Of a stretch of 64,000 nt of DNA, positions 55,901-64,000 are shown one piece after another. Made by a program: the position numbers and the translations under genes. The stretch's first letter is position 1; every line of letters begins with the position of its first letter. The stretch lies in the sequence record OQ067374.1; one strand, written 5' to 3'. Source of the DNA: Escherichia phage a20. Under the pieces are notes generated by a model. It saw only the letters and a list, made by a program, of their open reading frames with translations, did not search any database and was not told the DNA's origin.

Positions 55901-57705
55901 TGAAACAAAATATTAAAATTGGTAACGTCGTTGATGACGGACAAGGCGATTACCTTCGTCGAGGTGGTGAAAAAATAAATGAGAACTTTGACGAAATCTA
56001 TTATGAATTAGGTGACGGTGAAGTTCCTTATGCCGCTGGCGCATGGAAGACTTATGATGCGGCTGATGGTCTTAATCTTAAGGCTGCTTGGGGTAAATCT
56101 TATGCAATTAATACTACTTCTGGACGAGTTTCGGTAAATCTTCCTAAAGGGACAATTGCAGACTATAATAAAGTTATTCGTGCCCGTGACGTATTTGCAA
56201 CTTGGAACATTAACCCTGTTACTTTAATTCCGGCAAACGGAGACACGATTAAAGGTTCTTCATCTCCGGTGGAAATTAACGTTCAGTTCTCTGATTTAGA
56301 ATTAGTTTATTGTGCTCCTGGACGTTGGGAATACATCAAGAACAAACAAATTGACAAAATAGTTAGCTCTGACATTAGTAACGTTGCTCGTAGAGAATAT
56401 CTGGTTGAAACCCAAGGTCAGACCGATTTCATGGATGTTTTTAACGGGACCTCTTATAATGTTAACAACATTCGCGTAAAACATCGTGGCAACGAATTGT
56501 ACTATGGTGATGTATTCAGTGATAATAGTGATTTTGGTTCTCCAGGCGCTAATCCTGGTGAACTGGTTGCACTCGATGGATTTAATATTAGATTACGCCA
56601 ACCGTGTAATGTTGGGGACACTGTACAAATTGAGACATTCCTAGATGGTGTTTCTCAGTGGCGTAGTTCATATACTCGTCGCCAAGTTCGCATTTTAGAT
56701 AGTAAATTGACTGCTAAAAAGTCTATTGATGGAAGTATTTACGTCACTGATTTGAGTACGTTCCGGTCTATTCCATTTACAGCATTTGGTATTAATCCTA
56801 CGGAACCACCTAACCCGAATTCTTTAGAAGTTCGCTTCAATGGTATTCTCCAAGAATTAGCTGGTACTGTTGGAACTCCTATTTTCCGTTGTGAAGGCGT
56901 GGATGCTGATTCTGAAGAGTCATGCGCTAATCTCGGTGGGACATGGACTCAATCGTATACAGATTACGCGATTGAATATACTGATAATATCCCTAGCGCA
57001 ATTCTGTTTGACCGTCAATTTGAAGACCAAGACATTATTACCATCACATGGTTTAATAACGATTTAGGAACTCTTCTTGAAATGGAAGAAATCCTTGATG
57101 TCGCTGATGAGAAATATGTTTCTCAAGGGTCTAACATTGAAATTACTGGTGACGTTGCATTAACCGATTTCGATAAAATTGGATGGCCTAATGTAGAACC
57201 TGTTCCTAAGTATGAACGTGAATTCTCGACTATCTCAGCAATATTTGATACAATTTATCCTGTCGGGACTATTTACGAAAATGCGGTTAACCCTAATAAT
57301 CCGGCAACTTATTTAGGTTTTGGTTTGTGGAAAATTTGGGGACAAGGCAAAGTATTAGCAGGTTGGAATGACGACGCATCCGATCCTAATTTTGCATTAA
57401 ATAATAATGACCTTGACGTCAATGGTAACCCTACTCATACCGCAGGTGGTACCGTTGGTGTAACAACCATCACATTAGAAAATGCTGATTTACCAGCTAC
57501 ACAAACCGATGAAAAGGTTCTTATTTCTGATGATAATGGTACAGTAATTATAGGCGGTTGCCAATATGACCCGGATGAAGAAGGTCCTATTTACACTAAA
57601 TATCGTGAAGACCATGCAAAGACTAATGGATCTCATGTTCCAGCGCGTTCTATAACTAATATTCAGCCATCTATAACTGTATACCGTTGGGTAAGGATTG
57701 CATAA
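55900..57705 (+). CDS. 10: Baseplate wedge / tail pin protein gp10
   Basis: 601 aa, T4 gp10 size and position. Confidence 0.9.
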   Translation: MKQNIKIGNVVDDGQGDYLRRGGEKINENFDEIYYELGDGEVPYAAGAWKTYDAADGLNLKAAWGKSYAINTTSGRVSVNLPKGTIADYNKVIRARDVFATWNINPVTLIPANGDTIKGSSSPVEINVQFSDLELVYCAPGRWEYIKNKQIDKIVSSDISNVARREYLVETQGQTDFMDVFNGTSYNVNNIRVKHRGNELYYGDVFSDNSDFGSPGANPGELVALDGFNIRLRQPCNVGDTVQIETFLDGVSQWRSSYTRRQVRILDSKLTAKKSIDGSIYVTDLSTFRSIPFTAFGINPTEPPNPNSLEVRFNGILQELAGTVGTPIFRCEGVDADSEESCANLGGTWTQSYTDYAIEYTDNIPSAILFDRQFEDQDIITITWFNNDLGTLLEMEEILDVADEKYVSQGSNIEITGDVALTDFDKIGWPNVEPVPKYEREFSTISAIFDTIYPVGTIYENAVNPNNPATYLGFGLWKIWGQGKVLAGWNDDASDPNFALNNNDLDVNGNPTHTAGGTVGVTTITLENADLPATQTDEKVLISDDNGTVIIGGCQYDPDEEGPIYTKYREDHAKTNGSHVPARSITNIQPSITVYRWVRIA

Positions 57706-58364
57706 TGACTGTACTTAATACAAAGGCGGGAGTTATTTCCCGTCATGCTGATTTTTTGAATTACAGAAAAAATCCAGCTCAAATTGATGTTTTAAACAAC
57801 CAAGCTGTAGGTTCCGTGACTATTTCTCAGTTAGCTCGCGGTTTTTATGATGCTAACGTAGAATCTGCAATAAATGATGTCCATAATATGGCACGAGCTG
57901 ATATTGGTACTGTTGTCACAAACACTTCAGGCGTATCGCCTGAAGGTACAGCACAAGTTGATTATTGGACTTTTTCTGGTGATGTTCTCGACGATACTTT
58001 GACCACTGGAACGCCAGTCGTTATTAACGTATTTGGACTTGCTGTTAAAGCAACAATCGGTATGACTGATAACGAATTAACGGCACAAGTTCGTATAGCT
58101 TTACAAGAAGCCATTGCTAATCAAATCGCTATTTCTTCTTATAAAGACCATCCATCCGAAGGTAATAAACTTCAGGTGACATATTTAGATAACCAACGTC
58201 ATGTGTTGCCAACATATGCTTCGTTTGGTGTAACAATTTCGCAAGAAATTTTGTCTGAAGCAAAATCCGGATACGGAACATGGAATTTATTAGGTGCCCA
58301 AACGGTTACTCTTGATAACCATAGTACTCCTACCGTTTTCTACCACTTTGTGAGAGCCTCATGA
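57705..58364 (+). CDS. 11: Baseplate wedge / tail pin protein gp11
   Basis: ATG 57705 overlaps gene 10 stop; [17 protein letters not shown]...[14 protein letters not shown]...TPTVFYHF matches T4 gp11. Confidence 0.9.
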   Translation: MTVLNTKAGVISRHADFLNYRKNPAQIDVLNNQAVGSVTISQLARGFYDANVESAINDVHNMARADIGTVVTNTSGVSPEGTAQVDYWTFSGDVLDDTLTTGTPVVINVFGLAVKATIGMTDNELTAQVRIALQEAIANQIAISSYKDHPSEGNKLQVTYLDNQRHVLPTYASFGVTISQEILSEAKSGYGTWNLLGAQTVTLDNHSTPTVFYHFVRAS

Positions 58365-59944
58365 GTAATAACAATACATACCAACACGTTTCAAATGAAT
58401 CTATTTACGTTGAATTCGACCCTACTGGGTCGAATTTTCCAGATACAGTCACTAATGTCCAAGCCGCATTAGCTGCTATTTCTCCTTCAGGTGTTAATGG
58501 TGTACCGGAAGCAACAACTACTACACCTGGAATTATTCAAATAGCTACTCCACAAGAAGTTATTGATGGATTAGATAATAGTAAAGCTGTTACTCCGGCA
58601 ACACTGAATGCTCGTCTACAATATCCTAATGCAACCGAAACTCAATATGGCTTAACTCGTTATGCTACTGAAGATGAAGCAGTAACTGGAGCTATTGACG
58701 ATGCATCAATTACTCCGCTTAAATTGAATCAAAAAATAGACAATGTATTTCAGACAAAAGTGTCAACAGAAGCAACAAATGGTGTAATTAAAATTTCAAC
58801 TTCTGCTGCGGCATTAGCTGGTTCTGACGATACAACGGCAATGACCCCGTTAAAAACCCAGCAATTAGCAATTAAACTTATTTCACAAATTGCTCCAAAT
58901 AATAGTGACGCCAGCGAATCTATTACCGGTGTTGTTCGTTTGGCTACAGTTGCTCAAGCACAACAAGGCACCCTGCGTGAAGGCTATGCAATTTCACCTT
59001 ATACCTTTATGAATTCAGTAGCATCAGAAACTAATAAAGGTGTCGTTAAACTAGGGACACAGACTGAAGTAAATAGTAACAACTCTTCAGTTGTAGTGAC
59101 CGGCGCAACATTAAACGGGCGTGGGGCTACAACTTCTTTACGTGGAGTTGTTCGTTTAACTACACAAGCGGGTAGCCAATCAGGTGGTGATGGTTCTTCT
59201 GCCCTTGCTTGGAATGCTGATGTTATCCACCAACGAGGCGGTCAAACTATTAATGGCACGCTTCGCATTAATAATACGTTGACGGTTGGTTCTGGTGGTG
59301 CTAATATAACGGGTAATGTCAATATGACCGGTGGTTATATTCAAGGCAATCGTATTGTGACTCAAAATGAATTAGACCGAATTCTTCCAGTTGGCGCTAT
59401 TACAATGTGGGCTGCAGATAGTTTACCGAGTTCTGACTGGCGCTTCTGCCACGGTGGGACCGTTTCTGCTTCAGAATGTCCGGTATATGCTTCTAGAATT
59501 GGGACACGATATGGTGGTAGTTCTTCTAACCCAGGCTTGCCTGATATGCGTGGATTATTTGTTCGCGGCTCAGGTCGTGGTAACCATTTAACTAACCCTA
59601 ATGTTAATGGTAATGACCAATTCGGTAAGCCTCGTCTGGCGGTAGGTTGTACTGGTGGATATGTCGGTGAAGTGCAAAAACAACAGATGTCGTATCATAA
59701 GCATGCTGGTGGTTTTGGCGAACATGACGATTCCGGTGCATTTGGTAATACTCGTCGTTCAAACTTTGTTGGTACTCGTAAAGGACTTGACTGGGATAAC
59801 CGTTCATATTTTACTAACGAAGGATATGAAATTGATCCAGCGTCTCAGCGTAACTCTAAATATACCATGAATCGCCCAGAATTAATTGGAAATGAAACTC
59901 GTCCATGGAATATTTCTTTAAACTATATCATTAAGGTAAAATAA
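58361..59944 (+). CDS. 12: Short tail fiber protein gp12
   Basis: 527 aa, [23 protein letters not shown]..., C-terminal [24 protein letters not shown] matches T4 gp12. Confidence 0.95.
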   Translation: MSNNNTYQHVSNESIYVEFDPTGSNFPDTVTNVQAALAAISPSGVNGVPEATTTTPGIIQIATPQEVIDGLDNSKAVTPATLNARLQYPNATETQYGLTRYATEDEAVTGAIDDASITPLKLNQKIDNVFQTKVSTEATNGVIKISTSAAALAGSDDTTAMTPLKTQQLAIKLISQIAPNNSDASESITGVVRLATVAQAQQGTLREGYAISPYTFMNSVASETNKGVVKLGTQTEVNSNNSSVVVTGATLNGRGATTSLRGVVRLTTQAGSQSGGDGSSALAWNADVIHQRGGQTINGTLRINNTLTVGSGGANITGNVNMTGGYIQGNRIVTQNELDRILPVGAITMWAADSLPSSDWRFCHGGTVSASECPVYASRIGTRYGGSSSNPGLPDMRGLFVRGSGRGNHLTNPNVNGNDQFGKPRLAVGCTGGYVGEVQKQQMSYHKHAGGFGEHDDSGAFGNTRRSNFVGTRKGLDWDNRSYFTNEGYEIDPASQRNSKYTMNRPELIGNETRPWNISLNYIIKVK

Positions 59945-61392
59945 TGGCTGATATAACTCTGGTAGATTTACCATATGTTGACGGCCCGCCAGACGCGGGT
60001 CAGAGTCGTATTGAATGGATTAAAAACGATGAAGAAATAACAGGTGCTGACACAAAATACGGTTCTGAAGGTGTAATGAACCGTCCTATTGTTGAAGTTC
60101 AACGTAACGTAGAAGCGTTAGATGTTAATATTAAAACTATAGCATCTTCTTTGAATACGGCCAATGAAGATATCAAAGTTATTCAAGGTATTTTAGATGT
60201 TTCTGGGGATGTTGATGCTCTTGCACAGATAGGCCAGAACACCCAAGATATCGATGTCATTAAAGTCACAGTTCAAACCCATGCCAGTGAATTGAATGAT
60301 TTGAATGAACATATTGATGCGAATACTGATGATATTGGTGTTTATAATCAGGAAACGGATTCAGTTTATAGAACGGTTCGTAATGACCTGCTTTGGATTA
60401 AAAATGAATTAGGACAATATACTGGTCAAGATATTAATGGGGTTCCTACTCCAGGAAATGATAGCACTGGTATGAAACGCCGTATTATGACTAATAGCTC
60501 CGTAATTGTTGACCACGGTGTTCGATTAACCGATTTAGAAACTAAATTTGCTGATTCTGACGTCGGCTCTTTAACTATTGAAGTCGAACACTTGCGCGAA
60601 GAAATGGGGCCTCGTACTTCTTTCACTACTCCAGTGTTTAGTCGTCTTTCCAGTATTGATTTAACTTTGTCGCGTCAAAATGCTGACTTGGATGGCATTA
60701 AACAGTCTATTGGGTATCCTAATACGACTTCTATTATTACTACAACTAATGCGAATAGTTCAGCAATAAACGACATTAATCTTGAGCTCAATCAATCCGG
60801 TGGTATTAAACCTCGTTTGACTACAGTAGAAACTGCCATTGGCGCTGATGATTTGCCTACTACAATCCAAGGACGTATTAAACTCAATACTGATGCTATC
60901 GGAGCATTGAACACTGTTGTCGGCTCTGATTCTTCGTCAGGATTGCGTTTTAATGTGTCATGGTTAAATAACGTAGTTGGTGTTGACGCTTCAGGTGGGA
61001 AACCGGAACCAGACGGCTCTTTGCTTTATCGTACTCGAGAGCTTGAAGGAACTATCAGTGGGATGAGTAATGACATTCAGAACATTCAAACTGATGTTGG
61101 GACTAATTCCACAGGAATTAAGGGTTCTGTAAACACATTAAATACTCTTATAAATGGCACCAACCCAAATGGTTCAACTGTTGAAGAACGCGGTATATTG
61201 CCTACAGTTAAAAGTCATGATACGACAATTAATGGTTTAACTTCTAGAATTGCTACTCTTGAAACTGATTTGGCCGCTGCAGAAGCTGAAATCCAAACTC
61301 TTAAGGACGCTGGATATATTGAAGATGCTCCTTCAGACGGTAAATTCTATGTTCGCAAAGATGGCGCATGGGTTGAACTTCCTACAGCTTAA
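59944..61392 (+). CDS. wac: Fibritin (whisker) Wac
   Basis: 482 aa coiled coil; C-terminal foldon-like GYIEDAPSDGKFYVRKDGAWVELPTA. Confidence 0.92.
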   Translation: MADITLVDLPYVDGPPDAGQSRIEWIKNDEEITGADTKYGSEGVMNRPIVEVQRNVEALDVNIKTIASSLNTANEDIKVIQGILDVSGDVDALAQIGQNTQDIDVIKVTVQTHASELNDLNEHIDANTDDIGVYNQETDSVYRTVRNDLLWIKNELGQYTGQDINGVPTPGNDSTGMKRRIMTNSSVIVDHGVRLTDLETKFADSDVGSLTIEVEHLREEMGPRTSFTTPVFSRLSSIDLTLSRQNADLDGIKQSIGYPNTTSIITTTNANSSAINDINLELNQSGGIKPRLTTVETAIGADDLPTTIQGRIKLNTDAIGALNTVVGSDSSSGLRFNVSWLNNVVGVDASGGKPEPDGSLLYRTRELEGTISGMSNDIQNIQTDVGTNSTGIKGSVNTLNTLINGTNPNGSTVEERGILPTVKSHDTTINGLTSRIATLETDLAAAEAEIQTLKDAGYIEDAPSDGKFYVRKDGAWVELPTA

Positions 61393-61397
61393 TGAAA

Positions 61398-61413
61398 AGG
61401 GCCTTCGGGCCCT
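61398..61413 (+). other. GC hairpin AGGGCC-UUCG-GGCCCU between wac and gene 13
   Basis: 6-bp stem with UUCG loop; no strong U-tract. Confidence 0.45.
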
Positions 61414-61424
61414 AAAGGATTTAT

Positions 61425-62351
61425 ATGTCAGGTTATAATGCACAAAACCCTAAAGAATTAAAGGACGTAATATTACGTCGTTTAGGCGCTCCTATTGTAA
61501 ATGTTGAATTAACTACAGACCAAATTTATGATTGTATTTCACGAGCGTTAGAACTTTATGGCGAATACCATTTTGACGGGTTGAATAAAGGGTTCCATGT
61601 ATTTTTTGTTGATGACGAAGAAAAATACCGTCACGGCGTATTTGATATGCGTGGTTCTAACGTATTTGCTGTAACAAGAATTATAAGAACAAATGTTGGC
61701 TCTATTACTTCAATGGATGGTAATGCAACTTATCCATGGTTCACTGATTTCCTTTTAGGAATGGCTGGTGTTTCAGGTGGTATGGGTAGTAATTGTGGTA
61801 AATTCTACGGCCCGAACGCTTTTGGCGCTGATCTTGGGTATTATTCTCAATTAGTATCTTATATGGGTATGCTTCAAGATATGATTGCTCCTCTTCCAGA
61901 TTTTTGGTTTAACTCTGCAAACGAGCAATTAAAAGTAATGGGTAACTTTAGACAGAAAGATGTCATTATCGTTGAATCGTACGTTCGCTCTTATATCGAG
62001 ACCCATAAGATGGTAGGAAATACAGTAGGGTACGGTCAGGTTGGTCCTCGTGATTCATGGACTATTTCTGAACGTTATGATAATCCAGACCATAATTTGG
62101 TCGGACGCCGAGTTGGTGAAGATCCTGCAACCAAACAAGGCGCATATAACAACCGCTGGGTTAAAGATTATGCAACTGCATTAGCTAAAGAGCTTAATGG
62201 ACAAATTCTTGCTAAACATCAAGGTATGATGTTACCAGGCGGCGTCACTGTTGATGGTGTTCGATTAATTGAAGAAGCTCGTTTAGAGAAAGAAGCTTTA
62301 CGAGAAGAGTTATATTTACTGGACCCTCCTGCAGGTATTTTGGTAGGTTAA
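61425..62351 (+). CDS. 13: Neck protein gp13
   Basis: 308 aa, T4 gp13 size and position. Confidence 0.9.
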   Translation: MSGYNAQNPKELKDVILRRLGAPIVNVELTTDQIYDCISRALELYGEYHFDGLNKGFHVFFVDDEEKYRHGVFDMRGSNVFAVTRIIRTNVGSITSMDGNATYPWFTDFLLGMAGVSGGMGSNCGKFYGPNAFGADLGYYSQLVSYMGMLQDMIAPLPDFWFNSANEQLKVMGNFRQKDVIIVESYVRSYIETHKMVGNTVGYGQVGPRDSWTISERYDNPDHNLVGRRVGEDPATKQGAYNNRWVKDYATALAKELNGQILAKHQGMMLPGGVTVDGVRLIEEARLEKEALREELYLLDPPAGILVG

Positions 62352-62352
62352 T

Positions 62353-63117
62353 ATGGCAACTTATGATAAAAATCTTTTCGCCAAACTAGAAAATCGTGGT
62401 GGCTATTCTAAAACTAATGAAACCGAGATTTTAAACAAATACGTGAACTTCAACAAATACGAAAATAGTCAAACCCTAGCTGATGTGTTAGTAGCAGAAA
62501 GCATACAGATGCGCGGTATTGAATGTTTTTATGTTCCACGTGAATATGTTGCCGTGGACCTTATCTTTGGTGAGGACCTTAAAAATAAATTTACTAAAGC
62601 ATGGAAATTTGCTGCATATCTGAACTCTTTTGAAGGTTATGAAGGAGCGAAATCGTTCTTCAGCAACTTCGGAATGCAAGTTCAAGACGAAGTTACATTA
62701 TCTATTAACCCGGGTCTTTTCAAACACCAGGTCAACAATCAGGAGCCCAAGGAAGGTGATTTAATATACTTCCCAATGGATAACAGTTTGTTTGAGATTA
62801 ACTGGGTTGAACCATATGACCCATTCTATCAAGTAGGTAAAAATGCGATTCGTAAAATTACTGCAGGCAAGTTTATTTACTCTGGCGAAGAAATCAATCC
62901 GGTGCTTCAGAAAAATGAAGGTATCAATATACCTGAATTTAGTGACTTGGAACTTAACCCTGTTAGAAATCTTGACGGTATCCATGACATTAATATCGAT
63001 GAATATTCTGAAGTTGAGCAAATCAATTCAGAGGCAAGTGAATACGTTGAACCGTACGTAGTAGTTAACAACCGTGGTAGACAAAATTCACCATTTGACG
63101 ATGGGTTTATGAATTAA
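62353..63117 (+). CDS. 14: Neck protein gp14
   Basis: 254 aa, T4 gp14 size and position. Confidence 0.9.
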   Translation: MATYDKNLFAKLENRGGYSKTNETEILNKYVNFNKYENSQTLADVLVAESIQMRGIECFYVPREYVAVDLIFGEDLKNKFTKAWKFAAYLNSFEGYEGAKSFFSNFGMQVQDEVTLSINPGLFKHQVNNQEPKEGDLIYFPMDNSLFEINWVEPYDPFYQVGKNAIRKITAGKFIYSGEEINPVLQKNEGINIPEFSDLELNPVRNLDGIHDINIDEYSEVEQINSEASEYVEPYVVVNNRGRQNSPFDDGFMN

Positions 63118-63169
63118 TAAATAGATAAGATAAAGCAAACACCGGTCGAAAGGCCGGTTAGGAGAAATG

Positions 63170-63991
63170 ATGTTTGGCTATTTTTACAACTCGTCGTTCA
63201 GGCGATATATCACAATGATGGGCGATTTGTTTTCAAATATCCAAGTTAACCGTCAATTGTCTACAGGCAATAAATTAATTAGAGTTCCTATTACGTATGC
63301 ATCTAAAGAGCACTTTATGATGAAACTTAATAAATGGACCTCTATAAACTCACAAGAAGATGTGGCTAAAGTCGAAACTATTCTACCACGTATAAATCTC
63401 CAAATGGTAGATTTCGTTTATAACCCAACGTTTAAAACGAATATATTGAATAACTCTCTTTTGAGTAAATCAACTAAGGATATTGTAGACCAATACAACC
63501 CATCACCAATTAAAATGATTTTTGAACTGAGCATCTTTACTCGTTATGAAGATGATATGTTCCAAATCGTTGAGCAAATTATTCCATATTTTCAGCCGCA
63601 TTTTAATACGACTATGATTGAGCAATATGGGCAGGATATTCCATTTGAAAGGGATATTAAAGTCGTATGGATGGCAGCAGCAATGGATGAACAAATAGAC
63701 GGTGATAATTTATCCCGTCGACGTTTAGAGTGGTCATTAACATTTGAAGTAAATGGATGGATGTATCCTCCGGTAGGCGCAGCTGAAGGCCTTATTAAAA
63801 CGACTTATCTTGATTTTCATGCTAATGAACGAGACCTTCAAACAGCCGCCAGTGTTTTTGAATCAGTTGATACAGAAATTAAACCGAGAGACGTTGAAGC
63901 ACAAGATTGGAATGGTGAAGTTGAACAAACTTATACTCATGATATTCCAATCCCGACTCCACCAACCCCTCCTGGTCCTAGAAAACAATAA
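63170..63991 (+). CDS. 15: Tail sheath stabilizer / tail terminator gp15
   Basis: MFGYFYNSSFRRYITMMGDLFSNIQVNRQL matches T4 gp15; start at second ATG 63170. Confidence 0.92.
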   Translation: MFGYFYNSSFRRYITMMGDLFSNIQVNRQLSTGNKLIRVPITYASKEHFMMKLNKWTSINSQEDVAKVETILPRINLQMVDFVYNPTFKTNILNNSLLSKSTKDIVDQYNPSPIKMIFELSIFTRYEDDMFQIVEQIIPYFQPHFNTTMIEQYGQDIPFERDIKVVWMAAAMDEQIDGDNLSRRRLEWSLTFEVNGWMYPPVGAAEGLIKTTYLDFHANERDLQTAASVFESVDTEIKPRDVEAQDWNGEVEQTYTHDIPIPTPPTPPGPRKQ

Positions 63992-64000
63992 GAGGTAAAT

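Overview
This window is a ~64 kb segment of a T4-like (Tevenvirinae) myovirus genome; the gp43 N-terminus matches my recollection of RB69-type DNA polymerase. Coordinates 1-45696 are almost entirely minus-strand early/middle genes in T4 order: DNA polymerase 43 (partial), regA, 62, 44, 45, rpbA, 46, 47, 55, nrdH/nrdG/nrdD, 49, nrdC, a hypervariable nrdC-tk accessory region, rI, tk, regB, a GrcA-like glycyl-radical cofactor, denV, lysozyme e, nudE, two tRNAs, 57B (Acb1-like 2H phosphoesterase), 57A, 1, 3, 2, 4. Coordinates 45758-63991 are plus-strand late structural genes 53, 5, 5.1, 5.4, 6-12, wac, 13, 14, 15. Accessory content includes two paralogous HNH homing-endonuclease genes (one on the opposite strand with zinc-finger-like repeats), six internal-protein-like genes with capsid-targeting N-termini, a Pol-beta-type nucleotidyltransferase, a macro-domain protein and a paralogous array of three 316-331 aa coiled-coil-tailed genes. 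No single obviously novel defence-type system was identified; the most distinctive sequence-level signals are a recurring early promoter nested inside inverted repeats (some of which would sequester the downstream Shine-Dalgarno in read-through RNA), a perfect 127-bp tandem duplication of one such promoter cassette, and a repeated terminator-promoter cassette. All functional calls come from reading motifs and comparing with remembered T4 proteins; no database search was run.
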